Under the pieces are notes generated by a model. The model was not told where the DNA came from. It saw only the letters and a list, made by a program, of their open reading frames with translations, and made no database searches. Both the position numbers and the translations under genes were made by a program. Positions 9,082 through 19,051 of a stretch of 64,000 bases of DNA are shown one piece after another (position 1 is the first letter of the stretch; each line of letters begins with the position of its first letter). The stretch is from Eubacteriales bacterium (lineage in GTDB: Bacteria > Bacillota > Clostridia > Oscillospirales > CAG-272): contig JAZRAE010000029.1 of the NCBI GenBank assembly GCA_045634385.1, positions 5,704 to 69,703 of the forward strand, written 5' to 3'.

Positions 9082-11774
9082 TTTTTTACCTCCTTTGTTT
9101 TTTTCTTAAATAGACTCACAATGTCCGCCCACTTAAGCTTTCTGATAACTGTATCTACGACATAGATAACGGCAGCCACAGCAAGGAAAGGAACTGTGAA
9201 TCGAAGTATATAGGTCGCAATTTTATTTTCGTCGACCTCAAGCTTAATCTCATCGTCATCAAACACATTGCCGTTATTTCTCATAAACGCGTGTATAGGA
9301 GCCGGAGACGAATTCTTAAAGCTGTCATACTCGGGTGAGTATGAAATGGTGTGAACCGTTCTCGACGAATAAGATTTTGTCAGAAGCTCATAGGTAGTAT
9401 CAATAACATACTTGCCCTGCTGTCCTGTTTCAATCTTAAAGAAATATCGATATGAATCAAAGGTGAGTTTCTCTTTTATCTCACTTCCGTCAGGGAAGGT
9501 TACGGTGACTGTAACACGTGCATCGGGGTTAAGCGATGCGGGAATTATCTCAATATGCGAGCTGACACCGTCAAAATCAACGTTCAAGGTATAGGGATAA
9601 TCTATCTTAGTTTCGGGAATATTTGTCTTTGCGACATTCTCAAGGAAGTGCATGCCTTCCCCATCTGTCCAATCGGATACCCAAGCTCCGCCAAGCGTCG
9701 TTGTTAGTGTCGCTACCCTACCGTTTCCATATGACCAATATGCGTAAAGCGGCACTTGAACTACCCTTCCGCTCGGCTTTGTATAATCAACGTCAAGTAC
9801 GGTTTCGGCACTTGCCTTTACTTTAGCAAAAACGTATCCGTATATATCCGGAACGTAAGCCATGCCAAAGAGAACGTCATCGCCGGGCTTTTTAACGTTT
9901 ACCGTTGTTTTACCCGTGATCTCGGCAGCATTTACATCATCTGCAACCTCACCAAGCACAAGGCTCTCGAGATCGCTCGAGCGCTCACAGAAGTAGTAAT
10001 TTCCCTCTCCCGCAAGAGCAATAGCGCGCATGGTGTTTATACCGTCGGTCTCTTTGTTTCCTGTATTCAAGGTAGATACGGTTATGTTGTTGGCACGCAA
10101 AACCTCTGCTTCAGCAAAAGGATCGTCCTCAAGCACTTCACCGCCCTCAAATGACATACCGTCGGAAATGAGCATAACCTGCTTTTCGCTAAAGCTCATA
10201 GGTATCATCAATTCACCTGCCGCTTTGAGAGCCGCGCCGATCATAGTACCTTGAGTAACGTCAAGCCTTGATACCGCGCCAAGAGCCTTTGCAATATTCT
10301 CGGGACTTGCCTCCTGCGGTTGAGCAAGGTGATATACCTCACCGGAGAAATTGATAATTGCGAAGTAATCCGTCTCATCAAGAAGACCGAGCAGATAGGT
10401 TGCGGAAAGCTTTGCCATTACAAAGTAGTCGGCATTTCTGAACTCCATACTGCGCGAGCTGTCTATAACGAGAGTATATAGCTTGGGATCTGCATCATCA
10501 TCGTCAAATTTAACCGGGAGCATATCCTCAAGAGTATCAAGGGTTGAATCATCCTTGTTCTGTATCTGCGTATTTCCCGCAGTGATAAGGCTCTTACCAA
10601 ACACGGATACAACGGTATCGAGCGACTCAATGAATGTATCCGCACTGTTGACCGTTCTAACATCAACACCCGATATGATTATCTCATCGTATTTACAAAG
10701 ATCCTCAACCGTGAAGGGAACGTCAAACGTTGAGGGTTTGGGATTAGGGTTAGAAATAGTCGGTGTAGGATCCTTTGGCTTTACGTAAGCATCAACGATC
10801 GCATCATCTCCCCATATGTCTTTAACATATTCGATATCTAAAGCGGACGAGGTGACAAGAAGAATCGATACGGTCTCGCTGACAGATTGAGTCAAGGAGA
10901 TGCTGTTGTTGTAATCCGAACTATCATCTTCGGTGTGTACGGAAACCGTATAATCATTTTCACCCGCCTCAGTAGTGTCGAGATCGAGGTTAACAATATT
11001 AAAGCCTACGGTAAGTTCAGCGGTTTTTTCAGTATATTTCTCACCATTCTTCATCAAGGTGAGAATCACATTTGTTTTTTGTGTGGATTCAAGAAGCACG
11101 TCAAGAGTGGTCTCTTTTCCAACGTAGGTAGAGGAATTAAAATCAACCGAAGAAATCTGTACTTCGGGCTTGCCTTCCTCAAGATTTGAGTCAACGTATA
11201 CGGTATCAACGTACACGTCACGCGCCTTTAGATCCTCAACTACTCTGACAAGCTCTTTATTTTCATCAGGATCGGTAGACATACCGTCCGTAATGATTAC
11301 GATACGCTTTATTGAACTTTCTCCAAATAAAGAGTCAGCATAACGCAACGCAGATGCAATATTTGTTGCACTGCCGTTAACCTTATTATTCTTCACAGTG
11401 CTTATGCGTTCTCCAAGCTGGGTGTGAAGCCTGTAGTTTTTACCAAAGGTTATAACGCCCATTTCCGAATTTCTCGGAAGCTCATCCTGAACCTCTGCAA
11501 TATACTCGTCGACAAGGTCGAGCTTATCATTCATAGAGTAGGAAACATCGGCAAGAACGTAAAGCTCGGTCTCGGTTATTACGGTAACGTTAGACATACC
11601 TGCCGCGGCAAGTACAACGAGAACGACAATAACCGCGTGAAGCACTAATGCGACGGTTGATGCACGTGATTTATTCTCCTTGCGAATAGCTATGAAGTAA
11701 GGCACGAGAACAAGTGCCAGCATAGGGATAAGAAGGATAAGCAGTAATGGATTATCGAAGTTGATATTTATCAT
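9078..11774 (-). CDS. BatA-N-terminal domain / double von Willebrand factor A domain membrane protein (898 aa)
   Basis: N-terminal hydrophobic PLLLILLIPMLALVLVPYF segment typical of the aerotolerance-regulator N-terminal domain. Two VWA cores with MIDAS DxSxS motifs (DVSYSM, DSSRSM) and ITDG/ISDG strands. C-terminal TM segment. Confidence 0.85.
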   Translation of the reverse strand: MININFDNPLLLILLIPMLALVLVPYFIAIRKENKSRASTVALVLHAVIVVLVVLAAAGMSNVTVITETELYVLADVSYSMNDKLDLVDEYIAEVQDELPRNSEMGVITFGKNYRLHTQLGERISTVKNNKVNGSATNIASALRYADSLFGESSIKRIVIITDGMSTDPDENKELVRVVEDLKARDVYVDTVYVDSNLEEGKPEVQISSVDFNSSTYVGKETTLDVLLESTQKTNVILTLMKNGEKYTEKTAELTVGFNIVNLDLDTTEAGENDYTVSVHTEDDSSDYNNSISLTQSVSETVSILLVTSSALDIEYVKDIWGDDAIVDAYVKPKDPTPTISNPNPKPSTFDVPFTVEDLCKYDEIIISGVDVRTVNSADTFIESLDTVVSVFGKSLITAGNTQIQNKDDSTLDTLEDMLPVKFDDDDADPKLYTLVIDSSRSMEFRNADYFVMAKLSATYLLGLLDETDYFAIINFSGEVYHLAQPQEASPENIAKALGAVSRLDVTQGTMIGAALKAAGELMIPMSFSEKQVMLISDGMSFEGGEVLEDDPFAEAEVLRANNITVSTLNTGNKETDGINTMRAIALAGEGNYYFCERSSDLESLVLGEVADDVNAAEITGKTTVNVKKPGDDVLFGMAYVPDIYGYVFAKVKASAETVLDVDYTKPSGRVVQVPLYAYWSYGNGRVATLTTTLGGAWVSDWTDGEGMHFLENVAKTNIPETKIDYPYTLNVDFDGVSSHIEIIPASLNPDARVTVTVTFPDGSEIKEKLTFDSYRYFFKIETGQQGKYVIDTTYELLTKSYSSRTVHTISYSPEYDSFKNSSPAPIHAFMRNNGNVFDDDEIKLEVDENKIATYILRFTVPFLAVAAVIYVVDTVIRKLKWADIVSLFKKKTKEVKK

Positions 11775-13635
11775 AACAATACACCATCCATTCTGCCGTG
11801 AATAATAACGCCGCGAGAATAAACAGAAGCGTCATAGGATCATATATTCCATCGCTTCCTTCCTCCTTTGCCTCACCTTGTATGCTGATAGAATCAGCCG
11901 TGGTTTCGGTATGACGCTCCTCTTTAGGCACAGAGGAGTAAATATAATACGGAGGTCTTTCAGCACCGGAGATATCAACGGTTATTTTGTATTCTCCTAC
12001 TTCTGAAAGTTCAAACTCACTGACTGCACCCGTAGTATCGGTATAAATGACCTCTCCCTTAGGTGTCTCAACGCGGATGCTGTTACATCCGGATATTACG
12101 TTAATTTGTGCGGTATCACCGCAGTAGTAATCTGTTTTCTCAATAACCTCGGGGAAGGAGTAATCAAGAAGATTTCCAAGCATTGCGAGGTAATCGAGCG
12201 AAAGTGCTATATCAGAATCGTGAAGGCTGAACGAGAATACAACCTCACGGTTTCCAAAATCATTGACACCCGTAAAGACAACGGGATTGCCCTTATAACT
12301 GTAAAGCGTGGTAAAGTCGGCGTAAAGACCGTATTTGATATATTTGGCAATATAGATGTCGTTGCCTATCATACCTTCGGTCAGCTTGCGCACTATGCTG
12401 GCGGTGGAAGATGTGAGCGTGATCTTATCCGCGCTCTCAAGAATAACCTCACCCTGAACGCTGAAACCGCTACCTTCCACATTTGCATTTGTACCGATAA
12501 ACCATACCGAGCCATCCTTAGGAAGTGACGATGGATTATAAGAGTCAAATATATAGAGAGAGTAACCACTTATCGTTTTATCCTCATTCAATAAGCGCAC
12601 TTCTTCTTTTTTGTAATCCTCTGTTGACATTACTGCAATATTGGCTGTGCTAACGGATTCAATTGCACTCTTAATAAGGAAAGGGGTGTCGCTGATAAGA
12701 ATTGCATTGTACGCATTCTCGCTCTCTACGTCATATACGGTCACACTGTTGTCATCGGAGTAAGCATCTTCACTCTTGATCACAACACTTAGCGAATAAA
12801 ATTCGGAAATCTCAACCGTAAAGTTAAAGGCTGTACGGGTATTGTTAAGAGCCTGCACCTTTGTGGAAGACGCAGATTCTGAAACGTTGTCAAAATATAG
12901 TTCAACGTCAACGAGTCTGTCCGCACCGTAGGAGACAACGTAACCGCTTACGGTAACGGTATTTTTGCCCGTCTTGATATATGTAACATCCTCAACGGAA
13001 ACATTATTTTCGCTACGCGAAACGTTGATTATCTCTACGTTTTCCGCAGTATCGTATTCGGTATCGGTAACGAGATAAACTTTGGTAGACGGATTTTCGT
13101 CAAAATACCCCTGCGCCTCACCTATTGCTTTGGTATAATCAATTGTACCGCCAAAGCATTCGAGTGCAGAAAGTCTGTCAGATATGCGATCCTTTTTGTC
13201 TGTCTTCTCGAGAACCACCTCTGTTGTACCGCCGACAAGAATCAAGGTATAAGTGCTTCCGTCCTTTGATTCATCAACGATATCAAGGATCTCGCCTTTA
13301 GCAAGATCAAAACGGCTGACACCGTTCTCTTCCATATTCATACTTGCGGAACCATCGAGAATAAAGCAATATTCATGCGCAGCACCGGGCAGAGTAACAA
13401 TGGGATGAGCAACTGCCATAGAAAGCGTGAATACGAGAAGAAGTTGAAGTATAAGGCTGATTATACCGGTTATCCTTGAGAGTGGGTTTCTTCTCTTCAA
13501 AAACCTCTCACTAAGTCGCCAAAGATAAGTTGAAGCAATCGTCTGCTCCGTATATCTGTTTTTGATAAGGTATACGATAATAAGGATCGGGATACCTATG
13601 AGGCCGAGAAGACCTATGGGATAAAGAAACGTCAT
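11752..13635 (-). CDS. BatA-N-terminal domain / VWA domain membrane protein (627 aa)
   Basis: Starts MTFLYPIGLLGLIGIPILIIVYLIK (BatA-type N-terminus). Has a VWA MIDAS motif (LDGSASM) and a C-terminal TM. Overlaps both neighbouring genes. Confidence 0.8.
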   Translation of the reverse strand: MTFLYPIGLLGLIGIPILIIVYLIKNRYTEQTIASTYLWRLSERFLKRRNPLSRITGIISLILQLLLVFTLSMAVAHPIVTLPGAAHEYCFILDGSASMNMEENGVSRFDLAKGEILDIVDESKDGSTYTLILVGGTTEVVLEKTDKKDRISDRLSALECFGGTIDYTKAIGEAQGYFDENPSTKVYLVTDTEYDTAENVEIINVSRSENNVSVEDVTYIKTGKNTVTVSGYVVSYGADRLVDVELYFDNVSESASSTKVQALNNTRTAFNFTVEISEFYSLSVVIKSEDAYSDDNSVTVYDVESENAYNAILISDTPFLIKSAIESVSTANIAVMSTEDYKKEEVRLLNEDKTISGYSLYIFDSYNPSSLPKDGSVWFIGTNANVEGSGFSVQGEVILESADKITLTSSTASIVRKLTEGMIGNDIYIAKYIKYGLYADFTTLYSYKGNPVVFTGVNDFGNREVVFSFSLHDSDIALSLDYLAMLGNLLDYSFPEVIEKTDYYCGDTAQINVISGCNSIRVETPKGEVIYTDTTGAVSEFELSEVGEYKITVDISGAERPPYYIYSSVPKEERHTETTADSISIQGEAKEEGSDGIYDPMTLLFILAALLFTAEWMVYCYDKYQLR

Positions 13636-14522
13636 TTCACTACCCCCTGCTCCTCGAGCTTACCGAAGAGTATCTCGCCAATATCGTCCTCCGCGGATGC
13701 GAGAAGATAATTCGCGCCGCGTGAGAAGCAATAGTTACGTATCCTGTCGGTAGCATAAGCGAGTGCCGCCTTGTACGCCTTTAGGATATCTCTGTCGATA
13801 TTCTTTTTATAAGTTTTTTCAAAATTCTCTGAGTCAAATAAGTGCATTTTACCCGTAATCTGAGGAGTAAGCTCCTCACCGGATAAGATCTGTATACAAA
13901 ATACGTCGCGCTTCTTGTTGACGAGGTGATCTATAGCGGTCTCAAAGTCGTTATCTGTCAAGAAGTCGGAAATTATGACCGACATACCGTCACCCATACC
14001 AACAACGGACGGAAGTATCGCCTCACTTATGTAGCTGTCACCGTCGAATTCTATTTCATTGAATTTGCCCACTCTGTTAAAGAAGGACTCCTTACCCACC
14101 GTCGGTGGAATAAGCTCTGTCACTTCCCTATCCTTGATAACGTAAACGGACACTCTGTCCATCTCGTTGACTGCCATATACGTAAGAGCTGCCGCAAGGC
14201 GAACTGCCTGCTCTGCCTTTTCTCCCTTTCCGTAATCCATAGAACGGCTGGCATCGATATATATTCTCGTGTGCATCTGTCTTTCGTCAAGAAACAGCTT
14301 AAGATAAAGCTGATCAAAACGAGCAAAAGAATTCCAATCGATCTTGGTTATATCGTCACCCGGCATATAATCACGGTAATCAGCAAATTCGCAAGAAGAA
14401 CCAAACGAGCCGTATTTGCTCTGTTTATTGCCGCCAAACATTCCGGCAACGTTGTTCTTGAGAAGTGTCTCAAGGATATCAAGCCTTGAGAGAAACTCTT
14501 CGTTGATTACATATTTTTTCAT
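13632..14522 (-). CDS. DUF58 domain protein (MoxR partner)
   Basis: Motif DYRDYMPGDDITKIDWNSFAR followed by a VWA-like IDASRSM. Located immediately downstream of the MoxR ATPase, which is the canonical arrangement. Confidence 0.9.
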   Translation of the reverse strand: MKKYVINEEFLSRLDILETLLKNNVAGMFGGNKQSKYGSFGSSCEFADYRDYMPGDDITKIDWNSFARFDQLYLKLFLDERQMHTRIYIDASRSMDYGKGEKAEQAVRLAAALTYMAVNEMDRVSVYVIKDREVTELIPPTVGKESFFNRVGKFNEIEFDGDSYISEAILPSVVGMGDGMSVIISDFLTDNDFETAIDHLVNKKRDVFCIQILSGEELTPQITGKMHLFDSENFEKTYKKNIDRDILKAYKAALAYATDRIRNYCFSRGANYLLASAEDDIGEILFGKLEEQGVVK

Positions 14523-15506
14523 TTAGGGCTTTTTAGTTTCCTTTACAAGCATTTCAATTACGTCATCCGTGTTAAGCTTATCGTTGATCGCGGCATAGTT
14601 TACCTTAACTCTATGGCGAAGAACGGGGCCTGCCAAAGCATCGATATCAGCGTAGGATACGTTGTAATTACCGTGCATAAGCGCACGCACCTTAGCAGCG
14701 GTGATAAGGGCCTGAGCAGCACGGGGAGATGCACCATACTTTACGTACTTGACGGCTGTAGCAGACGCACCGTCGACCTCGGGGTGAGTCGCGGAAACAA
14801 GGTTTACCGCATACTCAAGCACATCGTCAATGATCGGAACGCTTGCCGCAAGCTTACGCATGCCGAGGATGGTCTCGCCGTCCATAACAGTCTCTGCGGT
14901 CTCAAGCATAGTTGCCTGTGTCATGGTGACGATGTTTTTAAGCTCCTCTGTGCCGGGGAACTTCATTATGAGCTTAAACATAAATCTGTCCATCTGAGCT
15001 TCGGGAAGCGGATATGTACCATCCTGCTCAATGGGGTTCTCAGTAGCCATTACAAAGAAGGGCTCTGCTATAGCGTGAGTTGCTCTGCCGATAGTTACCT
15101 TGTGCTCCTGCATTACCTCAAGCATCGCAGACTGAGTCTTGGGAGTTGCACGGTTGATCTCGTCCGCAAGTACGAGGTTGGCAAATATAGGACCTCTGCG
15201 GAAGACGGTGCGCATATTTCCGTCCTTATCCTTTTGAATGATGTTCGTACCCGTCACGTCGGAGGGCATGAGGTCAGGGGTGAACTGAATTCTTGAGAAA
15301 GGAAGTCCAAGAGTACGGCTAAGGGAACGAACAAGTCTGGTCTTACCTACTCCGGGAACACCCTCAAGAAGCACGTTACCGCCCGAAATGATGGCAATGA
15401 TTATATTTTCGATAACCTCTTCGTTACCGACGACGTCTTTTGCAAGCTCCGCCTTAATGCTCGCAATTCTCGCACTGAAGCTCTTTGCGTTTTCCATATT
15501 TTCCAT
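14523..15506 (-). CDS. MoxR-family AAA+ ATPase
   Basis: Walker A LLEGVPGVGKT, Walker B LADEINRA, and the conserved RIQFTPDLMPSDVTG segment. The 327-aa length is typical of the AAA_3/MoxR family. Confidence 0.95.
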   Translation of the reverse strand: MENMENAKSFSARIASIKAELAKDVVGNEEVIENIIIAIISGGNVLLEGVPGVGKTRLVRSLSRTLGLPFSRIQFTPDLMPSDVTGTNIIQKDKDGNMRTVFRRGPIFANLVLADEINRATPKTQSAMLEVMQEHKVTIGRATHAIAEPFFVMATENPIEQDGTYPLPEAQMDRFMFKLIMKFPGTEELKNIVTMTQATMLETAETVMDGETILGMRKLAASVPIIDDVLEYAVNLVSATHPEVDGASATAVKYVKYGASPRAAQALITAAKVRALMHGNYNVSYADIDALAGPVLRHRVKVNYAAINDKLNTDDVIEMLVKETKKP

Positions 15507-15520
15507 TTATGTGTCCTCAC

Positions 15521-16936
15521 TTAATTATTTTCATTTTCAGCCGTACCGCCGAAGAGCTTACCGAAGTAATCTTCCGCCGCATCGGAAATTTTGTCCGACG
15601 TCTTGCCGTCGGTGATCTGTTCGTTTGCCTTGGCGAAATACTCGTTAAGGAGCTCACCGTAAGGCCTATATGTATTGGTATCGGGGTCATAGACCAAGTC
15701 ATTGCTGCCGTAGATAACGTCACCCGTGCCAAGTCCGCCCGAGCCTATGGTATTTTCAGGATCGTCAACCGGAGGATCTACGAAGGGATTATTTTCTGTC
15801 GATGGATCGCGAAGATCGATGTCCGTATCCGGATCAGCCGCTACAAGATCGTCCTCGGTTATTCCAAAAAGACTGCAAAGCTTATTGATAACGACGTTTA
15901 TCGTAGATCTGTTGACGTTCTGCACGATAATTTCACTTGAGATTTTTTTGCCAGCATCAGCGAACTCATCAGCAATATTTCCCGAGCCGTCCTTCAGCTC
16001 CGCACTCAATCCCTTGAAAATGACGTATATGGGATCATCCGAGCGAACACCCGAGGAGGCGAGATATGAATTGAACTCATCCGCAACAAAATTGGCATCA
16101 TCGTAGCTCACATTATCAAGAGACTCACCAAGTGTTTCAAGTGCGTTTTTCGTACCGGAGCCGGAAAGCTCTCCGAGAGCTTTAGAAAGGCTGAGGATAT
16201 TCTCATTTGAGCTTTGAGCGAAGGTAACCGAAAGTGCCTCTGCAGAATTCGCCTTTGCCAATGACTTATTGATTTCAATAACCGTTGTTATGGCCTTTGC
16301 CTTCATTTCGGAAAGATAACTCGACTCTTCAACAAAATCCAGCAAACTGTTAAGTTCATCGAGAGTTTCACTTTTAAGGTTTTCATTTGTATATGAATTT
16401 TCCACAATCGTGATAATCTCTGCGAGAGCGGTTATTATCCATTGCTTATCAAACTCATCTATTGGAGTCTCACCGCTGCCCGCCTTTACCGGAAGTATCC
16501 AAGCTCCAAAAAAGCAGCCAAGTGAAATAAAGAAGACAAGAAGTCCTGCAATAAGAGGCTTTGACTTAATCATTTTCTTCTGTTGGTTGCCAAGACGCTC
16601 GTCGGCATCTTCGCGCTGTAATGCAGCAAATCCGCCCTCGTCATGACGAAGCTCTATCATCGTGCTGACTTTTTCATTAAGCGAATAGACCGAATCTAAC
16701 CGTTTGGCAAGCCTCCTTTCGGATGGCATAAGAATAAAGTACAATATAAACGAGATCGGTATCGCTACACCGCCCAATAAGAAGTAGTAAAGAAGTTCAG
16801 CCTCTTTTCCCGAAAGTTTAGACACAAGCATCATCACCGCAAGAGCAACGACGGATGAGCCTATTCCAAGCAAAAGCGAGGCGAACACAGCTTGACGTCT
16901 CACCCTACTTTTAAATTTATAAAAGCTATTAAACAT
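15521..16936 (-). CDS. Polytopic membrane protein, first gene of the MoxR/VWA operon (about 471 aa from the ATG at 16936)
   Basis: The ORF track extends to 17032. The ATG at 16936 (MFNSFYKF...) has an AAAGGAAG RBS and lies downstream of the predicted promoter. Has N-terminal TM helices, one central TM, then a helical and D/P-rich C-terminal part. Confidence 0.7.
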   Translation of the reverse strand: MFNSFYKFKSRVRRQAVFASLLLGIGSSVVALAVMMLVSKLSGKEAELLYYFLLGGVAIPISFILYFILMPSERRLAKRLDSVYSLNEKVSTMIELRHDEGGFAALQREDADERLGNQQKKMIKSKPLIAGLLVFFISLGCFFGAWILPVKAGSGETPIDEFDKQWIITALAEIITIVENSYTNENLKSETLDELNSLLDFVEESSYLSEMKAKAITTVIEINKSLAKANSAEALSVTFAQSSNENILSLSKALGELSGSGTKNALETLGESLDNVSYDDANFVADEFNSYLASSGVRSDDPIYVIFKGLSAELKDGSGNIADEFADAGKKISSEIIVQNVNRSTINVVINKLCSLFGITEDDLVAADPDTDIDLRDPSTENNPFVDPPVDDPENTIGSGGLGTGDVIYGSNDLVYDPDTNTYRPYGELLNEYFAKANEQITDGKTSDKISDAAEDYFGKLFGGTAENENN

Positions 16937-16982
16937 TTTCTTCCTTTCATTTTCGCGCATAAAAATAAAAAATTTACACCTC

Positions 16983-17011
16983 ATTGTATCATACATACCC
17001 ATTTTTGTCAA
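16983..17011 (-). promoter_or_regulatory. Sigma-A type promoter of the MoxR/VWA operon
   Basis: Minus-strand TTGACA (17011..17006), 17-nt spacer, TACAAT (16988..16983). Confidence 0.55.
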
Positions 17012-17128
17012 GTAAAACGGGAGTTTTAACAAAAGAAGTGCAAATTTTTAGAGATTATGCCGTATTTTGTTTATTTTAAAGGTAAATAATTTGTATTTTA
17101 AAACGAAGAGATGTTAACAAGGTTTTTC

Positions 17129-17686
17129 TCATAGTTCCAAAACGAGTAAGGCTCTGAGATTATCCGCCGCCATTTCTGCGCTTTCATATCCACCGTCTAC
17201 GAGAATAACAGCACCGTAGACCATAGAGAGAATCTTGAATACAATAGCAGATGGATCATCGATTCCCTTCTGTTCGGCATATTGTTCTGCGGCAACCGAA
17301 ATGGGACGGTCAAACTCACGCAGCGGTCCCCGTCCACCCTTATCAAGTGTCGAGGTTGCGGATATCACCGTACGGAAATTTCCGTTCGCAATCCAAAATC
17401 GCAAGCCCGCAACAGCAAGCTCGGTAAGTAGCGCTTTTGAATCCCGGGCAAAAATCTCAAAGATCTGTCCCGAAAGTAATGTCCATCCGTCTACAACATA
17501 CTTTATAACCGCGCCAATCAACTCGTCCTTATCCTTGAAATGGCGATAAGGCGCAGCGCAGGATACACCTGCGTCCTGTGCAACACGGCGAAGTGAAAAA
17601 TCGCTGACTCCATGAGTCTCAAGCTCTTTAAGCCCCGAAAAGAGAAGTCTTGATCTGACGTTGTCCGGAGTAAAGTTATCTTCCAT
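17129..17686 (-). CDS. TetR/AcrR-family transcriptional regulator
   Basis: N-terminal HTH (FSLRRVAQDAGVSCAAPYRHFKDKDELI). The start was chosen at MEDNFTPDN, which has an AAAGGA RBS; the ORF track start at 17752 lacks one. Confidence 0.85.
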   Translation of the reverse strand: MEDNFTPDNVRSRLLFSGLKELETHGVSDFSLRRVAQDAGVSCAAPYRHFKDKDELIGAVIKYVVDGWTLLSGQIFEIFARDSKALLTELAVAGLRFWIANGNFRTVISATSTLDKGGRGPLREFDRPISVAAEQYAEQKGIDDPSAIVFKILSMVYGAVILVDGGYESAEMAADNLRALLVLEL

Positions 17687-17770
17687 CGTTATATTCCTTT
17701 CGGTTAACAGTATTAACATCAACATATTATCACATTTTTCTCTACATTTCAAGTACTTTTCCGAAAAGAC

Positions 17771-17798
17771 TTGACTTTTTTTTCATTTGGTGTATAAT
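17771..17798 (+). promoter_or_regulatory. Promoter of the aromatic amino-acid supraoperon
   Basis: TTGACT (17771-17776), 16-nt spacer, TATAAT (17793-17798). Confidence 0.55.
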
Positions 17799-17813
17799 AT
17801 TGATATAAGCAAA

Positions 17814-17828
17814 GTTAACATTGTTAAC
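17814..17828. promoter_or_regulatory. Perfect 15-bp palindrome GTTAACA-T-TGTTAAC (candidate operator)
   Basis: Seen directly in sequence. Lies between the -10 and the RBS of the first aro-operon gene, in the divergent region shared with the TetR gene. Confidence 0.45.
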
Positions 17829-17842
17829 ATCGTGGAGGCTAT

Positions 17843-19051
17843 ATGGTGAATGAAGTGATGTACAAGCTCGGTTCTCAACGATCCGAAATCAGAGAACTTT
17901 TCGAGTACGGTAAGAAGAGGAAAGAAGAACTTGGCGAGGAGAATGTGTTTGATTTTTCGCTCGGCAATCCGAGTGTTCCTTGTCCCGAAAGAGTAACGAA
18001 AGCATTGTCCAAGCTTATAAATACCGAGAGCGCAGTCATACTTCACGGCTATACCTCAGCACAGGGAGATGCGGACGTAAGAGATGTAATCGCACGCGAG
18101 CTCTCGCACATTTACAGCTTCGAGGTTTCAAAGGACAATCTGTACATGACCGTCGGTGCGGCAGCGGCTCTTACTTGTACCTTAAACGCTGTAGTTTCTC
18201 CGGGCGAAGAAGTGATCTTACTTGCTCCTTATTTCCCCGAATACAAAGTATTTGCAGAAAAAGCGGGAGCGAATGTCAAGGTAGTTTTGTGTCAGGAAGA
18301 AAACTTCTTTCCAAATCCGGATACAATATCCGATGCAATAAATGAAAAGACCGCGGCAATCATCATAAATTCACCCAACAACCCCACAGGTGCGGTCTAT
18401 CCCGAGGAGTGCATAAAAGCCATCTCATCCGTGCTCATGGCAAAGTCAAAGGAATATGGCAAGGATATTTATCTGATTGCGGACGAGCCTTACAGAGAGC
18501 TTGTCTACGACAGTTCGGAAGTCCCCTTTATTCCACATTATTATAATAACACCATTGTTTGCTATTCTTACAGTAAATCTTTGTCAATACCGGGAGAGAG
18601 AATAGGCTACGTCTTGGTAAGTCCAAGGGCAAATGAAAGCCGGAAGATATATGCCGCCATATGCGGAGCAGGTCGTTCACTCGGCTATGTATGTGCGCCT
18701 TCTCTTCTGCAAAAAATGTTACCTGAATGTATTGGCTTAACATCCGATTTAACCATTTATGATACAAATAGACAACTTTTGTTGACAAAACTTATAGAAT
18801 ACGGATTCGAAGTTGTTAAACCGCAAGGCGCATTCTATTTATTCGTTAAGTCTCCTATAGAGGATGCAAAGGCGTTTTCGGAATTGGCGAAGAAGTTTGA
18901 AATTCTTATTGTGGCAAGTGACAGTTTCGGATATCCCGGATACGCAAGGATATCCTACTGCGTAAAAACCGAACAGATAGAAAAGTCCCTGCCCGCCTTC
19001 AAATCATTGGCATACAGCCTTGGACTTTCGGAGAAGAAATATGAAAAATAA
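17843..19051 (+). CDS. Class I/II pyridoxal-phosphate aminotransferase (aspartate/aromatic type)
   Basis: NSPNNPTG motif and the PLP-lysine motif SYSKSLSIPGERIGY. GGAGG RBS 7 nt upstream. Confidence 0.9.
   Translation: MVNEVMYKLGSQRSEIRELFEYGKKRKEELGEENVFDFSLGNPSVPCPERVTKALSKLINTESAVILHGYTSAQGDADVRDVIARELSHIYSFEVSKDNLYMTVGAAAALTCTLNAVVSPGEEVILLAPYFPEYKVFAEKAGANVKVVLCQEENFFPNPDTISDAINEKTAAIIINSPNNPTGAVYPEECIKAISSVLMAKSKEYGKDIYLIADEPYRELVYDSSEVPFIPHYYNNTIVCYSYSKSLSIPGERIGYVLVSPRANESRKIYAAICGAGRSLGYVCAPSLLQKMLPECIGLTSDLTIYDTNRQLLLTKLIEYGFEVVKPQGAFYLFVKSPIEDAKAFSELAKKFEILIVASDSFGYPGYARISYCVKTEQIEKSLPAFKSLAYSLGLSEKKYEK

Noticed and set aside
19020-19040. Upstream starts proposed by the ORF track for pheA (19020), aroE/K (22304), oppF-like (49704), TetR (17752), the membrane protein (17032), queT (56734) and mecA (56616).
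   Set aside because: Downstream ATG/TTG codons have proper RBS spacing and match the expected N-termini of the families. The extensions overlap upstream genes or promoters.
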